NCBI GenBank assembly: GCA_964496815.1
Contig: CAZCAO010000003.1
Coordinates: forward strand, 1-61,778
DNA: 61,778 nt
Direction: 5' to 3'
Origin: an uncultured Candidatus Saccharibacteria bacterium
Lineage (GTDB): Bacteria > Patescibacteriota > Saccharimonadia > CAILAD01 > JADZBC01
The notes below the pieces were generated by a model. The model was given only the letters and a program-made list of their open reading frames with translations. It had not been told where the DNA came from and ran no database searches. The translations under genes and the position numbers were made by a program. Positions 46,638-57,149 of this stretch are shown here, in pieces; the first letter of the stretch is position 1, and each line of letters opens with the position of its first letter.

Positions 46638-47590
46638 AGACTGACGTGCTATGTGTTGGCCCTGCCTACGCCGAGATTGTCTATACTACAAAAACTTTTG
46701 AAGTTAGCTTGTTACCCGAACGCATCCGAACGCTCGTGAATAACCATGCTTCAGTTGAGGCTAATGAAGTAATTTTTGGCGGTGGCGGCGGTGGATACAT
46801 TGCAGCCCTCACCTGCGCACGGCTTGGCCTGAACGTCGCATTGGCCACTCAAGTCGGCCAGGACAATCTTGGCTGTGAACTCTTGCGTAAGCTGAGTAGT
46901 GCTGGCGTGCATACCGAGCCATCAGAGCAAACCACACAATCTGCTACGAGCATCTGTACACTTCTTCGTTCTGCCAAGGACGACCTCTTTGCCATTAGTA
47001 GCAATGATAACAAGCGGAGTTATGGCAAGGCCTTTGTGACTGGTTTGCCGAGTAGAGCCTGGCTTTACCTTAGTGGTCCATTCGCTGATTTGGGCGACCT
47101 CAAGCTCTTGTTGTCGTCAGCTGCGAAAGCAAAAACGCTTGTAGCTATTAGGCTGACGAGTCGTGATTTGTCGAATGCCCGTCGTATTCTAAAACATTTA
47201 GCAATGGCCGACATTTGTTTTTTCGATCGTGATGATGCGGAAATGTTAACGCACCAGACCGATGTGCGCTCAGCGCTTGGCTCATTGCGGGCGAGTGGGC
47301 TGAAGACGATCGTGGTACTTGATGATACGAAATACGCCCATGGCCTTCATGATGGTTTTTATTATGAAACCAAACAACGCTCAACTTTAAAACGGATTAA
47401 TGAGACGGGCATGAGCGAAGCTTTTGCGCCTGCTTTTTTGGCAAGCTACTTGCGCGAGCCTAACTTTGAAGATGCCTTGAGTTTTGGGCTTCATACGGCT
47501 CGTTCAGTGGCGCACTTTGTTGGTTCCGAAGCTGGCATCCCAAAGAATATCCCACAGAGACATGGGAAAGTACGGAAGAACTTCATATAA
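46634..47590 (+). CDS. PfkB-family kinase homologue, degenerate active site
   Basis: GGGG..AALTCARLG, VGQDNLG; NETGMSEAF in place of DTTGAGDAF. Confidence 0.75.
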   Translation: MKTDVLCVGPAYAEIVYTTKTFEVSLLPERIRTLVNNHASVEANEVIFGGGGGGYIAALTCARLGLNVALATQVGQDNLGCELLRKLSSAGVHTEPSEQTTQSATSICTLLRSAKDDLFAISSNDNKRSYGKAFVTGLPSRAWLYLSGPFADLGDLKLLLSSAAKAKTLVAIRLTSRDLSNARRILKHLAMADICFFDRDDAEMLTHQTDVRSALGSLRASGLKTIVVLDDTKYAHGLHDGFYYETKQRSTLKRINETGMSEAFAPAFLASYLREPNFEDALSFGLHTARSVAHFVGSEAGIPKNIPQRHGKVRKNFI

Positions 47591-48627
47591 TGACTAATGG
47601 AGGGCAGCATATGCATTATGGACTTGATGTTTTAGCAGTTGGAGATGTGGTGACTGATGCTTTTATTCGGCTAGGCAAGCACGAGGCCGAGATTGATAAA
47701 GACAGTCGGGATCGTCATCCGTTGTTATGTATGACCTATGGCTCGAAGATACCTTTTGAAGAGGCGATCATTATTCCTGCAGTCGGGAATAGTGCCAACG
47801 CAGCGGTTGCGAGTGCACGGCTAGGCTTGCGGGTTGGTTTTTATAGTAATGTCGGTGATGATCAGGTGGGCAAAGATATTATTCGGGCATTAAACCGCCA
47901 CGATATCTCCACGGAGTATGTACACATTAACCACGGTATGAAGTCAAACTATCACTATGTACTGTGGTATGGAGCCGACCGAACAATTTTGATAAAGCAT
48001 GAAGACTACAAATACGCCTGGCCAAACATCACTTCCTATAACAAGCCGGCCTGGATATATTTGAGCTCTGTCGGCGAGGCTGCCGATGGTTTGCATGATG
48101 AGATTGCCGACTACCTTGTGCAGAACACTGACGTTAAGTTAGCTTTCCAGCCAGGCACCTTCCAGATGAAACTTGGTCCACAGCGTCTGAAGAAGCTCTA
48201 TGCATCCACCTATCTCTTGGCTTGTAATCTAGAGGAAGCTCAGACAATAACGGGACAAAAGTCTTCGAACCCAGCGTCTTTGATCAAGAAACTCCATGAA
48301 CTTGGACCGAGCGTCGTAGTGGTTACAGATGGTCCGAAGGGATCCTATGCTTCCAATGGCGATCAGCTTTGGTCGATGCCGATCTACCCAGATCCAGACC
48401 CCCCTTTGGAGCGAACTGGGGCAGGGGATGCCTATACATCAACTTTCGTTGCTGCTTTGGCGCGGGGCGAAAATATTCCTACGGCGATGGCATGGGGGTC
48501 GATTAACTCTATGAGTGTAGTCCAGAAGGTTGGTGCTCAGGCCGGTTTACTTACTAAGCACGAGATTGATGGATTTATGCAGCAGGCACCAAAAGACTTT
48601 TGCGCAAAACTGGAAGGCAAATCGTGA
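47590..48627 (+). CDS. PfkB-family carbohydrate kinase
   Basis: GNSANAAVASARLG, VGDDQVG, VTDGPKG, ERTGAGDAY. Confidence 0.92.
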   Translation: MTNGGQHMHYGLDVLAVGDVVTDAFIRLGKHEAEIDKDSRDRHPLLCMTYGSKIPFEEAIIIPAVGNSANAAVASARLGLRVGFYSNVGDDQVGKDIIRALNRHDISTEYVHINHGMKSNYHYVLWYGADRTILIKHEDYKYAWPNITSYNKPAWIYLSSVGEAADGLHDEIADYLVQNTDVKLAFQPGTFQMKLGPQRLKKLYASTYLLACNLEEAQTITGQKSSNPASLIKKLHELGPSVVVVTDGPKGSYASNGDQLWSMPIYPDPDPPLERTGAGDAYTSTFVAALARGENIPTAMAWGSINSMSVVQKVGAQAGLLTKHEIDGFMQQAPKDFCAKLEGKS

Positions 48628-49544
48628 TCTATGATGTTGCAATAATTGGTGCCGGCCCAGCGGGTATGACGGCTGGTGTATACGCAGCCCGCAAAAAACT
48701 TAAAACAATCTTGCTTAGTAAGGATATCGGAGGGCAGGCTGCCTGGAGTAGTGATATAGAAAACTACCTTGGTTTCAGCATGATTACTGGCGCTGATTTG
48801 GTAGCTAAATTTGAGCATCATCTTGAAAAGTTTAAAGATGATGTGGAGCTACGGATTTTGCAACAGGGCGTCAGTGGCATAGTTAAGCACAAGGATGGCT
48901 TTGAGGTAGCGGCTGATGGCAAGAAGATACACGCCAAAGTTGTTATTGTATCTGGCGGCAAAGTCCCTAGGCATTTAGGAGTACAGGGTGAGGATGAGTT
49001 CTTGAATAAAGGCGTGACGTACTGCGCATGGTGTGATGGTCCGATCTTCGCCGGCAAAGACATTGCTATCATCGGTGGCGGTAATTCAGCGCTCGATGCC
49101 GCTCTGAACGTCGCTAAGATAGTTGGCCAAATTTATATCGTGAACAACACCCCGGCTTTGACGGCCGATCCAATTATGATTGAAAAAGTACGTGGCTTTC
49201 ACAACATCCGCATCATTAATAATGCCGAAGTAGTCAAGGTTGCTGGAGCGAAGTTTGTGAATTCTATAGAGATTAAAGACCACGAAAAAGGGACTCACAA
49301 AACCCTGCATGTCGAAGGGGTCTTTATTGAGATCGGGTCTTTGCCGGCCACTGATTACCTCAAAGATTTTTTGAAGCTTAACGAACAAGGTGAGGTAGTG
49401 GTTGATAAATACAATATGACGAGTGTGCCTGGTGTATTTGCTGCCGGTGACATCACTGATGTGGTAGAAAAACAAGTTATTATTGCTGCTGGCGAGGGTG
49501 CCAAGGCAGCTATCCAGGCCGCTCAATATTTGAGTCGACTCTAG
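48624..49544 (+). CDS. trxB: Thioredoxin reductase / AhpF-C-terminal-like flavoprotein
   Basis: IIGAGPAG, TYCAWCDG, GGGNSA, FAAGD; GTG start overlapping the pfkB stop. Confidence 0.9.
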   Translation: MIYDVAIIGAGPAGMTAGVYAARKKLKTILLSKDIGGQAAWSSDIENYLGFSMITGADLVAKFEHHLEKFKDDVELRILQQGVSGIVKHKDGFEVAADGKKIHAKVVIVSGGKVPRHLGVQGEDEFLNKGVTYCAWCDGPIFAGKDIAIIGGGNSALDAALNVAKIVGQIYIVNNTPALTADPIMIEKVRGFHNIRIINNAEVVKVAGAKFVNSIEIKDHEKGTHKTLHVEGVFIEIGSLPATDYLKDFLKLNEQGEVVVDKYNMTSVPGVFAAGDITDVVEKQVIIAAGEGAKAAIQAAQYLSRL

Positions 49545-49602
49545 AGGCTAGAAGCCCGAAAAAGTCTGTGCTATACTATACTTGTTAAAGTAAGGGTCTA
49601 CC

Positions 49603-49851
49603 ATGAACCGTGATGATAATCCAGTAATCGTATACACCACTCCAACTTGCCATTTCTGTGGGGCAGTTAAAGAGTATCTAAAAGATAAAAAGGTTGCATA
49701 CAAGGAAGTTAATGTGCAGGCTGACCCAGCAGCGGCCGACGAAATGATTAAGAAATCGGGACAAATGGGCGTGCCGGTAATCGACATTGACGACCAGATT
49801 GTGATCGGCTTTAATAAGCCTAAGCTCGATGAATTGCTCACCGCGGCATAA
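49603..49851 (+). CDS. Glutaredoxin/NrdH-like protein
   Basis: YTTPTCHFC, GQMGVPV, VIGF. Confidence 0.92.
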   Translation: MNRDDNPVIVYTTPTCHFCGAVKEYLKDKKVAYKEVNVQADPAAADEMIKKSGQMGVPVIDIDDQIVIGFNKPKLDELLTAA

Positions 49852-49935
49852 CCATAGGCAAAGCACTAAAAACAGCTGAGCTTTTTTTGCTCTGCCACCA
49901 ATGCCCGCTGCTCGCCACTTTGCTATGATAGTCTC

Positions 49936-50024
49936 ATAGGGTGAGTTTAGGTTTAGTCGCAAGACGCGCAGGAGCTGGAGGCATACAAATACACCGACAT
50001 CGTATTAAAGCGAGTCGGTTTTTT
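49936..50024 (+). ncRNA. Candidate small RNA of unknown family
   Basis: Extended -10 TGcTATGAT (49921-49929), GTC-GCAA-GAC GNRA hairpin, terminator ACCGAC..GTCGGT plus T-run; no convincing ORF. Confidence 0.35.
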
Positions 50025-50065
50025 GTAATAGGACGGTTTTGGTGTTGATAGCTTATAATGATGAT

Positions 50066-52054
50066 ATGTCACTATTTCATCTCCAGTCTAAATATCAGCC
50101 AAGCGGCGATCAGCCAGAAGCAATTAGGGCCTTGCAGGACGGACTCGATCAGAGCATGCGCGAGCAGACGCTACTCGGTGTAACGGGTTCGGGCAAGACG
50201 TTTACTATGGCAAATATCATTGCTCAGGCTGGTCGACCTACTCTGATATTGAGCCATAACAAAACCTTGGCGGCTCAATTGTATGGTGAGTTTAAAGAGT
50301 TTTTCCCTAATCACGCCGTGCACTACTTTGTAAGTTATTTTGATTACTACCAGCCAGAAGCCTACATAGTACGGAGTGATACGTACATAGAAAAGGATAG
50401 TGCGATCAACGAAGAGATTGATCGCTTGCGGCACGCCGCTACGAGTTCACTTTTGAGTCGTCGTGATGTCATCATCATCGCATCGGTGAGTTGTATTTAT
50501 GGCATTGGTAGTGTGACTGATTATGCAGACATGACTATGCACTTGAAAGTCGGCGAGGTGCGTAAGCGAGACAAAATGCTTCGCCAGCTTAATGACATTC
50601 AATACGCTCGCAACGATACGAGTTTCGAACGTGGTGTGTTTAGGGTGCGAGGTGAAAACGTAGATGTTTTTCCAATTGGGGAAGAAAACGCCTATCGACT
50701 GGAGTTCTTTGGTGACACGCTTGAGCGCATCGTTCAGATAGATCCACTGACGGGCGAGATTACCAAGTCGCTAGATGAGCTGAGTATTTATCCGGCCAAG
50801 CATTATGTAACGCCACGTGAGCAGCTTGAGCGAGCAATGGAAAAAATTCGAGCTGAGGCACAGGAGCGTGTGGCGTACTTTAAAGCAAACGATCAACACC
50901 TCGAAGCCCAGCGACTGGAGAGCCGTATTAAATACGACCTTGAGATTATGCAGCAAACTGGCTTCGTGAAAGGGATAGAAAACTATTCTCGTTATTTAAC
51001 GAACCGCGAACCTGGCGACCAACCTGCTACACTCATGGATTACTTCCCTGATGACTATCTAATGTTTGTAGACGAGTCGCACATTACGCTCCCGCAAGTC
51101 AGGGGTATGTTTAATGGTGATCGGGCCCGCAAGGAAGTACTGGTTGAGCATGGCTTCCGTCTTCCATCAGCCTTGGACAATCGGCCGTTGACGTTTACGG
51201 AGTTTGATCGTCATATTAATCAAGCAATTTATGTTTCTGCCACCCCAAATGAATATGAGCTCAGTCGATCTGGTAAGGTGGTAGAGCAAATTATTCGACC
51301 AACTGGCTTGCTTGATCCGATTATCGAAGTTCGCCCGGTAGAACACCAGGTGGATGATTTGATAGCCGAAATCCGTAAGCGTATCGGCAAAGGACAGCGA
51401 TCGCTGGTAACTACACTTACTAAGCGCATGGCGGAAGACCTCACAGAGTACCTGCAGGATATCGGTATCAAGGTTCAGTATCTACATAGTGACGTGTCGA
51501 CCTTTGATAGGACGGATATTCTGCGCGATTTGCGGCTAGGTGTATACGACGTAGTGGTAGGTATTAATCTTTTGCGTGAAGGACTCGATTTGCCCGAGGT
51601 GAGCTTGGTAGCGATAATCGACGCTGACAAGGAAGGCTTCCTGCGCAGTGAAAGCTCACTGATCCAGACGATTGGTAGAGCAGCGCGTCACCAAGAGGGC
51701 ACGGTGATTATGTATGCGGATAACATGACAGGTTCGATGGAGCGAGCTATCAAAGTCACTCGGGATCGTCGCAAGGTGCAAGAGGACTACAATGCTAAGC
51801 ACGGCATTACGCCGGCCAGTATTCGCAAGGCTATTGAAGAACGTATGCACGAGGAGCTGGAGGCTGAGAAGGCTGACGTGAAGGTGATCGACTTTGCCAA
51901 AGTACCGAAGGATGAGCTGAAGTACCTGCAGCGCCAGTTGAAGGAACAAATGCAGCTTGCGGCTGCCAATCTGCAGTTTGAGAAGGCGGCCGAATTACGG
52001 GATCAGCTTGGAGAAATCGACGATATAATTCAAGGAAAGAGGATGACTAAATGA
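50066..52054 (+). CDS. uvrB: Excinuclease ABC subunit B
   Basis: GVTGSGKT, HNKTLAAQL, YDYYQPE-like hairpin, DESH, QTIGRAAR, C-terminal UVR motif; start 6 nt after TATAAT. Confidence 0.97.
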   Translation: MSLFHLQSKYQPSGDQPEAIRALQDGLDQSMREQTLLGVTGSGKTFTMANIIAQAGRPTLILSHNKTLAAQLYGEFKEFFPNHAVHYFVSYFDYYQPEAYIVRSDTYIEKDSAINEEIDRLRHAATSSLLSRRDVIIIASVSCIYGIGSVTDYADMTMHLKVGEVRKRDKMLRQLNDIQYARNDTSFERGVFRVRGENVDVFPIGEENAYRLEFFGDTLERIVQIDPLTGEITKSLDELSIYPAKHYVTPREQLERAMEKIRAEAQERVAYFKANDQHLEAQRLESRIKYDLEIMQQTGFVKGIENYSRYLTNREPGDQPATLMDYFPDDYLMFVDESHITLPQVRGMFNGDRARKEVLVEHGFRLPSALDNRPLTFTEFDRHINQAIYVSATPNEYELSRSGKVVEQIIRPTGLLDPIIEVRPVEHQVDDLIAEIRKRIGKGQRSLVTTLTKRMAEDLTEYLQDIGIKVQYLHSDVSTFDRTDILRDLRLGVYDVVVGINLLREGLDLPEVSLVAIIDADKEGFLRSESSLIQTIGRAARHQEGTVIMYADNMTGSMERAIKVTRDRRKVQEDYNAKHGITPASIRKAIEERMHEELEAEKADVKVIDFAKVPKDELKYLQRQLKEQMQLAAANLQFEKAAELRDQLGEIDDIIQGKRMTK

Positions 52055-53166
52055 GCTTGCAAGGTCCTGAACAGTCCGGAGTAAGGGTTGAGAAAACCAA
52101 ACTAGCAATGGCTAAGGACACAGTACAAGAACTTAATAAAATTGCTTCAGAAACGCAACGCCGCGAACAAGCATGGAGCGAGTATGCTGGCTATGGTTCA
52201 GAATATCAGCGTCGCAATGATGAGCGTGTTCGCATCGGTAGGGCTAAAATTGATCACTTCGGTGGCGATGCCTTGACGATGATCGCTAGTATTAACACAG
52301 AAAAACTTGATCCTGCAACTGGCCAAAGAGCAGAGAATCAAAGAGCCAGAGGGCTAGTAGAGGGTAAGGCAGCCGACCTACATGATTACAATCCCGAATC
52401 ACAAAATCATGCAGATATTGAGGCGGCCTATCTTGATTACCTTGAGGCAACTCCACCTGATCAGCGTTTAGTTGTTTTTGAAGGTGATGAGCGTAGTGAA
52501 GCTGATACTCCCGACAGGGACGCTGCAATTGATGCTGCTAGTGAGACGGGCATGATGCAGTTTTTTGCTCGACGCGATGGCGTACCAGCAGTGAGTGGTG
52601 AACCCAGTGATGCCGAGATTGCTCAATACACCGAAGCCCGTGGCGTGTCTCCGGAGGAACTTACCCTTGTGCTCATGCTCCGTAATTTAACTCATGACAT
52701 AAGCAAGCCTTTGCCGGAAGATATATCCCTTCAGGTTTACGGTGAAGCAGCAGTTAACGGATCGCCTGGCTTCCAGCATATTCCAGATACAGACAAGGAT
52801 CGAATGATAGAACAGAACCCTGAAATTATTGAAGCGCTTAAGGACCAAGCACGATCATTAGTCATGAATATGAACGAACATTTGGCAGAACTGGGTCTTC
52901 CGCAATTTGCCATTCGCGAGGATGGCACAATTGGTTTTAGTTCCGTAGAGGATCGTGCTGCCTTGGCTAAAGCATGGGATCCACGATCAGATGGCCGACT
53001 AGCCGAGATCCATACCATTATCACTGAGGCGCGCGATCGTCACATCTTCGACCTTATTACTCAGGCAATTACTGACGGCAAGAAGCCCTTCGTAGTATAC
53101 GGAGGGTCGCACGTGATGAGCCTAGAGCCAGCCTTTGAAGCATATTTTGCAAATCAGTCGCCCTAG
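52051..53166 (+). CDS. Hypothetical protein with TraB/GumN/Tiki-like signature
   Basis: [18 protein letters not shown]....[13 protein letters not shown]. Confidence 0.6.
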   Translation: MSLQGPEQSGVRVEKTKLAMAKDTVQELNKIASETQRREQAWSEYAGYGSEYQRRNDERVRIGRAKIDHFGGDALTMIASINTEKLDPATGQRAENQRARGLVEGKAADLHDYNPESQNHADIEAAYLDYLEATPPDQRLVVFEGDERSEADTPDRDAAIDAASETGMMQFFARRDGVPAVSGEPSDAEIAQYTEARGVSPEELTLVLMLRNLTHDISKPLPEDISLQVYGEAAVNGSPGFQHIPDTDKDRMIEQNPEIIEALKDQARSLVMNMNEHLAELGLPQFAIREDGTIGFSSVEDRAALAKAWDPRSDGRLAEIHTIITEARDRHIFDLITQAITDGKKPFVVYGGSHVMSLEPAFEAYFANQSP

Positions 53167-53171
53167 TACAC

Positions 53172-53200
53172 TTGAAAAACACCGTGTTTATGTGTATAGT
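53172..53200 (+). promoter_or_regulatory. uvrA promoter (TTGAAA-17-TATAGT) with palindrome AAACAC-C-GTGTTT
   Basis: Palindrome at 53177-53189 inside the spacer. Confidence 0.6.
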
Positions 53201-53235
53201 TAAGCGTTGATTTAACAAGTGAGGATAGGGCATAT

Positions 53236-56052
53236 ATGGCTGATAAAATCGTCATTAAGGGTGCTCGCGAGCACAACCTCAAAAACATAGACCTCGAAAT
53301 ACCCCGCGATAAACTGGTGGTGATTACGGGTCTCTCCGGCTCCGGAAAATCCTCACTTGCCTTTGATACTATCTATGCTGAAGGTCAGCGCCGGTATGTC
53401 GAGAGCTTGAGTGCCTATGCCAGGCAGTTCCTTGGCTTGATGGAAAAGCCCGACGTTGATCAAATCGAGGGCTTGAGCCCAGCTATTTCGATCGACCAGA
53501 AGTCAAGTTCGCGTAATCCACGTTCGACCGTAGCCACGGTAACGGAAATATACGACTACCTACGTTTGCTTTTCGCGCGCATTGGTGTGCCGCATGATCC
53601 CACTACCGGCGAGGTCTTAACCAAGCAAACTCCAGCCCAGATTGTTGATTCGATTCGTCAGTACCCCAAAGGAACCAAGATCGTTATTTTAGCTCCAATC
53701 GTGAAGGACAAAAAGGGCGAGCATCGGCATTTGCTTAGCGAAATCCAAAAAGCTGGCTATTCGCGGGTACGCCTAAATGGCACTCTCATGCCGATTGACG
53801 AAGTTCCAGAGCTTGACCGCCAGAAGAAGCACACCATTGAGGTGGCAGTGGATCGTATGACGCTCGACCCCGAAGAGCCACAGCAAAGATTGGTGGAATC
53901 AGTTGAGCAGGCGCTGCACTTGGGTGAAGGTGTTATTACTGTGCAGGATCATGACACGGGCGAAGAGCGAGTCTTTAGCGAACACTACACTACTGCTGAC
54001 TCGGGCTTTTCATTACCCGAAATCGAGCCAAGGCTGTTTTCATTTAACTCCCCACACGGAGCTTGTCCGAAGTGTACAGGGCTCGGCTCATTACTTATTG
54101 TTGACCCCGATATGGTGATTCCAAATCGCCGCTTGAGTGTTGTGGAGGGCGCTATTCGGCCGTGGAGCCGTACGACTTCGCGCATGACGTGGTATACCAA
54201 GCTGCTCGAGGCTGTGGCAGAGAAGCACAAGTTCAAACTCGACGTTCCGGTCGAAAAACTCAGTCCAAAGGAGATAGAAATTCTACTCTACGGCACGGGT
54301 GATGAGGAGATTGGTGTACGTGGTCCGGGCGGCCGAACCTATAAGACGACGTTCGAAGGTATTATCCCGAACTTGGAGCGACGCTATCGTGAGAGCGACA
54401 GTGACTTTGTCAAAAAAGAAATTGAGCGCTACATGACTACCCAGGAGTGTCAGGAATGTCATGGCAAGCGACTCAAGCCAGAGGTTTTAGCTATCACGGT
54501 GAACGATAAATCGATTGCCGACCTAACTGACATGGCAGTCGAGGATGCGCTTAAAACGTTTTCTGGTCTAGAGCTCAATGCCCAGGAAAAGCAAATCGCT
54601 GCACAGATTCTCAAAGAGATTAGTGAGCGGCTCAAGTTCCTTAACGATGTAGGCCTGAACTACCTTACATTGAATAGAAGTGCAAATACCTTGGCTGGAG
54701 GTGAGGCACAACGTATTCGTTTGGCTACGCAGATTGGTTCGAGCCTAATGGGTGTGCTCTACATTCTCGACGAGCCATCGATTGGACTGCATCAGCGCGA
54801 CAATGACCGTTTGATCAGTACGCTGCAGCGTTTGCGTGACCTGGGCAATACCGTGATTGTGGTAGAACACGACGAAGACACTATTCGCGCCAGTGACTTT
54901 GTAGTCGACATTGGTCCACTCGCTGGTGAGCATGGCGGCGAGGTGATAGCTATTGGTACTCCTGATGAAGTCGCCAAGAGTAAAGATTCTTTGACCGGTC
55001 AGTATTTGAGTGGGACTAAGAAGATCGAGGTGCCCAAGCAGCGCCGCAAGCCGACCGACAAAAAGCTACGCATCGTGGGCGCAACCGAAAACAACCTCAA
55101 GGACGTATCGGTTGATATCCCGCTTGGCATTATGACGGTTGTAACAGGCGTGTCCGGTTCTGGTAAGTCATCACTGATTAATGACATCTTGGCGCGCAAG
55201 CTAAGCCAGGAATACCACCGTGCGCAGGAGCCAGCTGGCAAGCACCAAGAGATTCTAGGCACAGAGCATTTGGATAAAGTTATCGACATCAACCAGTCGC
55301 CAATTGGCCGTACGCCGCGCTCTAATCCTGCCACCTACACAGGAGCCTTTACCGACATCCGTGATTTGTTCGCCATGGTGCCGGAAGCCAAGATTCGTGG
55401 CTATAGCTCTGGTCGATTTAGCTTTAATGTAAAAGGTGGCCGCTGTGAGACCTGTAAAGGTGACGGTATAATCAAGATCGAAATGCACTTTTTGCCTGAC
55501 GTGTATGTGACATGCGAGACGTGCCATGGCAAGCGCTATAATCGTGAAGCACTCGAGATTCTGTATAAGGGCAAAACGATTGCCGATGTCCTAGAGATGA
55601 CGGTAGATGACGCTTGTGACTTCTTTGGTAACATCCCAGCCGTATACCGTAAGCTTGAAACGCTGCGCAGCGTTGGCTTGGGCTATATTCGATTAGGGCA
55701 ATCTGCCACCACGCTCTCAGGCGGGGAGGCGCAGCGCATTAAGCTGGCAAGTGAGCTGTCCAAGCGGGCTACTGGCCGAACCCTCTACATTTTGGACGAG
55801 CCAACCACTGGATTGCACTTTGAAGACGTCAAGAAGTTGCTCGAAGTACTCAACGCGCTTGTAACCATGGGCAATTCGATGCTGATCATCGAACACAACC
55901 TAGACGTTGTGAAGTGTGCCGATTGGTTGATCGATCTAGGCCCCGAGGGCGGAAGCGGCGGCGGCATGGTGATTGCCGAGGGCACACCAGAGCAGGTCGC
56001 CAAGGTGGATAAATCTCACACCGGCCAATACTTACAGAAGCTGCTTAAATAG
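53236..56052 (+). CDS. uvrA: Excinuclease ABC subunit A
   Basis: Two ABC cassettes ([25 protein letters not shown] twice), zinc fingers CPKC/CQEC, CETC twice. Confidence 0.98.
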   Translation: MADKIVIKGAREHNLKNIDLEIPRDKLVVITGLSGSGKSSLAFDTIYAEGQRRYVESLSAYARQFLGLMEKPDVDQIEGLSPAISIDQKSSSRNPRSTVATVTEIYDYLRLLFARIGVPHDPTTGEVLTKQTPAQIVDSIRQYPKGTKIVILAPIVKDKKGEHRHLLSEIQKAGYSRVRLNGTLMPIDEVPELDRQKKHTIEVAVDRMTLDPEEPQQRLVESVEQALHLGEGVITVQDHDTGEERVFSEHYTTADSGFSLPEIEPRLFSFNSPHGACPKCTGLGSLLIVDPDMVIPNRRLSVVEGAIRPWSRTTSRMTWYTKLLEAVAEKHKFKLDVPVEKLSPKEIEILLYGTGDEEIGVRGPGGRTYKTTFEGIIPNLERRYRESDSDFVKKEIERYMTTQECQECHGKRLKPEVLAITVNDKSIADLTDMAVEDALKTFSGLELNAQEKQIAAQILKEISERLKFLNDVGLNYLTLNRSANTLAGGEAQRIRLATQIGSSLMGVLYILDEPSIGLHQRDNDRLISTLQRLRDLGNTVIVVEHDEDTIRASDFVVDIGPLAGEHGGEVIAIGTPDEVAKSKDSLTGQYLSGTKKIEVPKQRRKPTDKKLRIVGATENNLKDVSVDIPLGIMTVVTGVSGSGKSSLINDILARKLSQEYHRAQEPAGKHQEILGTEHLDKVIDINQSPIGRTPRSNPATYTGAFTDIRDLFAMVPEAKIRGYSSGRFSFNVKGGRCETCKGDGIIKIEMHFLPDVYVTCETCHGKRYNREALEILYKGKTIADVLEMTVDDACDFFGNIPAVYRKLETLRSVGLGYIRLGQSATTLSGGEAQRIKLASELSKRATGRTLYILDEPTTGLHFEDVKKLLEVLNALVTMGNSMLIIEHNLDVVKCADWLIDLGPEGGSGGGMVIAEGTPEQVAKVDKSHTGQYLQKLLK

Positions 56053-56072
56053 AACTTGCGTACTTAAAACAG

Positions 56073-56100
56073 AAACACCACTCGTTCTGAGTGGTGTTTT
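56073..56100 (+). terminator. Bidirectional terminator after uvrA
   Basis: AAACACCACTC-GTTCT-GAGTGGTGTTT. Confidence 0.85.
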
Positions 56101-56106
56101 CGTAAT

Positions 56107-56188
56107 CCCGACCTAAACCTAGACGGTGTCTAAACTTGGGTCGGGGCCGGAGGTACGAAGCGTCGTTGCTTCTTGGTGTACCTCCGGC
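56107..56188 (-). other. Two abutting long hairpins 3' of the GC-rich ORF
   Basis: 56146-56188 (11+5 bp, loop AACGAC on minus) and 56107-56145 (about 17 bp, three G-U pairs on minus). Confidence 0.7.
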
Positions 56189-56195
56189 GAGCCGA

Positions 56196-56966
56196 CTACT
56201 TCTTCTTGCCGTGCTTCGGCGGCTCCTGCCCCTTGGGCTGCTGCATCCGGGCGCGGATGGCCCGGTCGCGAGCCGACTTCTCGGCCTTGCGCGGGTCCTT
56301 GCCCTTGCCCCGACGGCCACCGTCGCTCCCGGAGGAGCTGCGGTGGATGTTCGTCAGGTGCTTGGCCACACCCCGGAGCTGTCCGATGTGGACGCTCTTG
56401 CCCTTGCCGGCGAGGATCTTGTCGATCGCGCGCTGGCTGTCGGGGCGGAGGTTGCTCCAGCCGACGATGACACCCATGAAGTACGAGTCCTCGATCAGGG
56501 GCTTGATCTCGGCGATCAGCTGCTCCTTCTCGGTCTCCTCGGCCTCCTTGACGTCGAGCTCGGCGATGACCCGCTCGAGGACCGCGTTGCGGGCCTCGGT
56601 GCGGGTGCGGCTGGCCTCCTTCAGCTCGGCCACGAGTGCCTTGCGGATGTCCTCTCGGACGAAGGCCTTCCACAGCGCCGTCTGCACGGTGCCGTTCAGC
56701 CACAGCCGGTTCAGGCGCCCCAGGGCGCTCTGAGCCGACTTCTCCTGCTTCAGCTGCTCGCGCAGCTGGAAGAGGTTCTTCGTGGCCTGCGGGTGGGTCC
56801 CGAACAGGTGCTTGGCCGCCTCGGCCGTCTCCGACCAGGCCAGGGCCTCGTCGACGGTCTGGAACCGGACGCCACCGGCGATGGCGATGATGATCGCCTC
56901 CTTGGCGGTGTCGGTCGCGGTGATCGCGAGGGTGGACTGGGACTGGATGTCTTCGGTGGTGGCCAT
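56196..56966 (-). CDS. Hypothetical helical protein with basic C-tail, very GC-rich
   Basis: 256 aa from MATTEDIQ; CAGGAGAG SD; G/C-ending codons; hand-counted lines 65-75% GC. Confidence 0.8.
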   Translation of the reverse strand: MATTEDIQSQSTLAITATDTAKEAIIIAIAGGVRFQTVDEALAWSETAEAAKHLFGTHPQATKNLFQLREQLKQEKSAQSALGRLNRLWLNGTVQTALWKAFVREDIRKALVAELKEASRTRTEARNAVLERVIAELDVKEAEETEKEQLIAEIKPLIEDSYFMGVIVGWSNLRPDSQRAIDKILAGKGKSVHIGQLRGVAKHLTNIHRSSSGSDGGRRGKGKDPRKAEKSARDRAIRARMQQPKGQEPPKHGKKK

Positions 56967-57007
56967 GCGGCTCTCCTGTGAGTCTTTGGATTGGATTTCC
57001 GCTGGCA

Positions 57008-57076
57008 GACTCTTGGCCAGTACGGATAGCCGCAAAGCAAGGGGGCTGCTTCACAGGTATCCGCAGACCAAGAGTC
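57008..57076 (-). promoter_or_regulatory. 69-nt, 30-bp hairpin in the 5' UTR
   Basis: 11+8+11 bp with CCCCC loop; G-U pairs work only on the minus strand. Confidence 0.7.
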
Positions 57077-57149
57077 AATAGTCACTAACAAATAAGTAGT
57101 CGGTTGTAAATGTGCACTCAAGGTTGTAACAACGTTGAGCGTGATAAGT

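Noticed and set aside
49936-50024. SRP RNA, c-di-GMP-I or yybP identity for the small RNA candidate
   Set aside because: Only a GNRA hairpin or short fragments match; core consensus elements are missing.
29741-56115. Shared 12-mer AATCCCGACCTA at 29741 and 56104
   Set aside because: Many chance 12-mer repeats are expected in 62 kb, and the flanks are unrelated.
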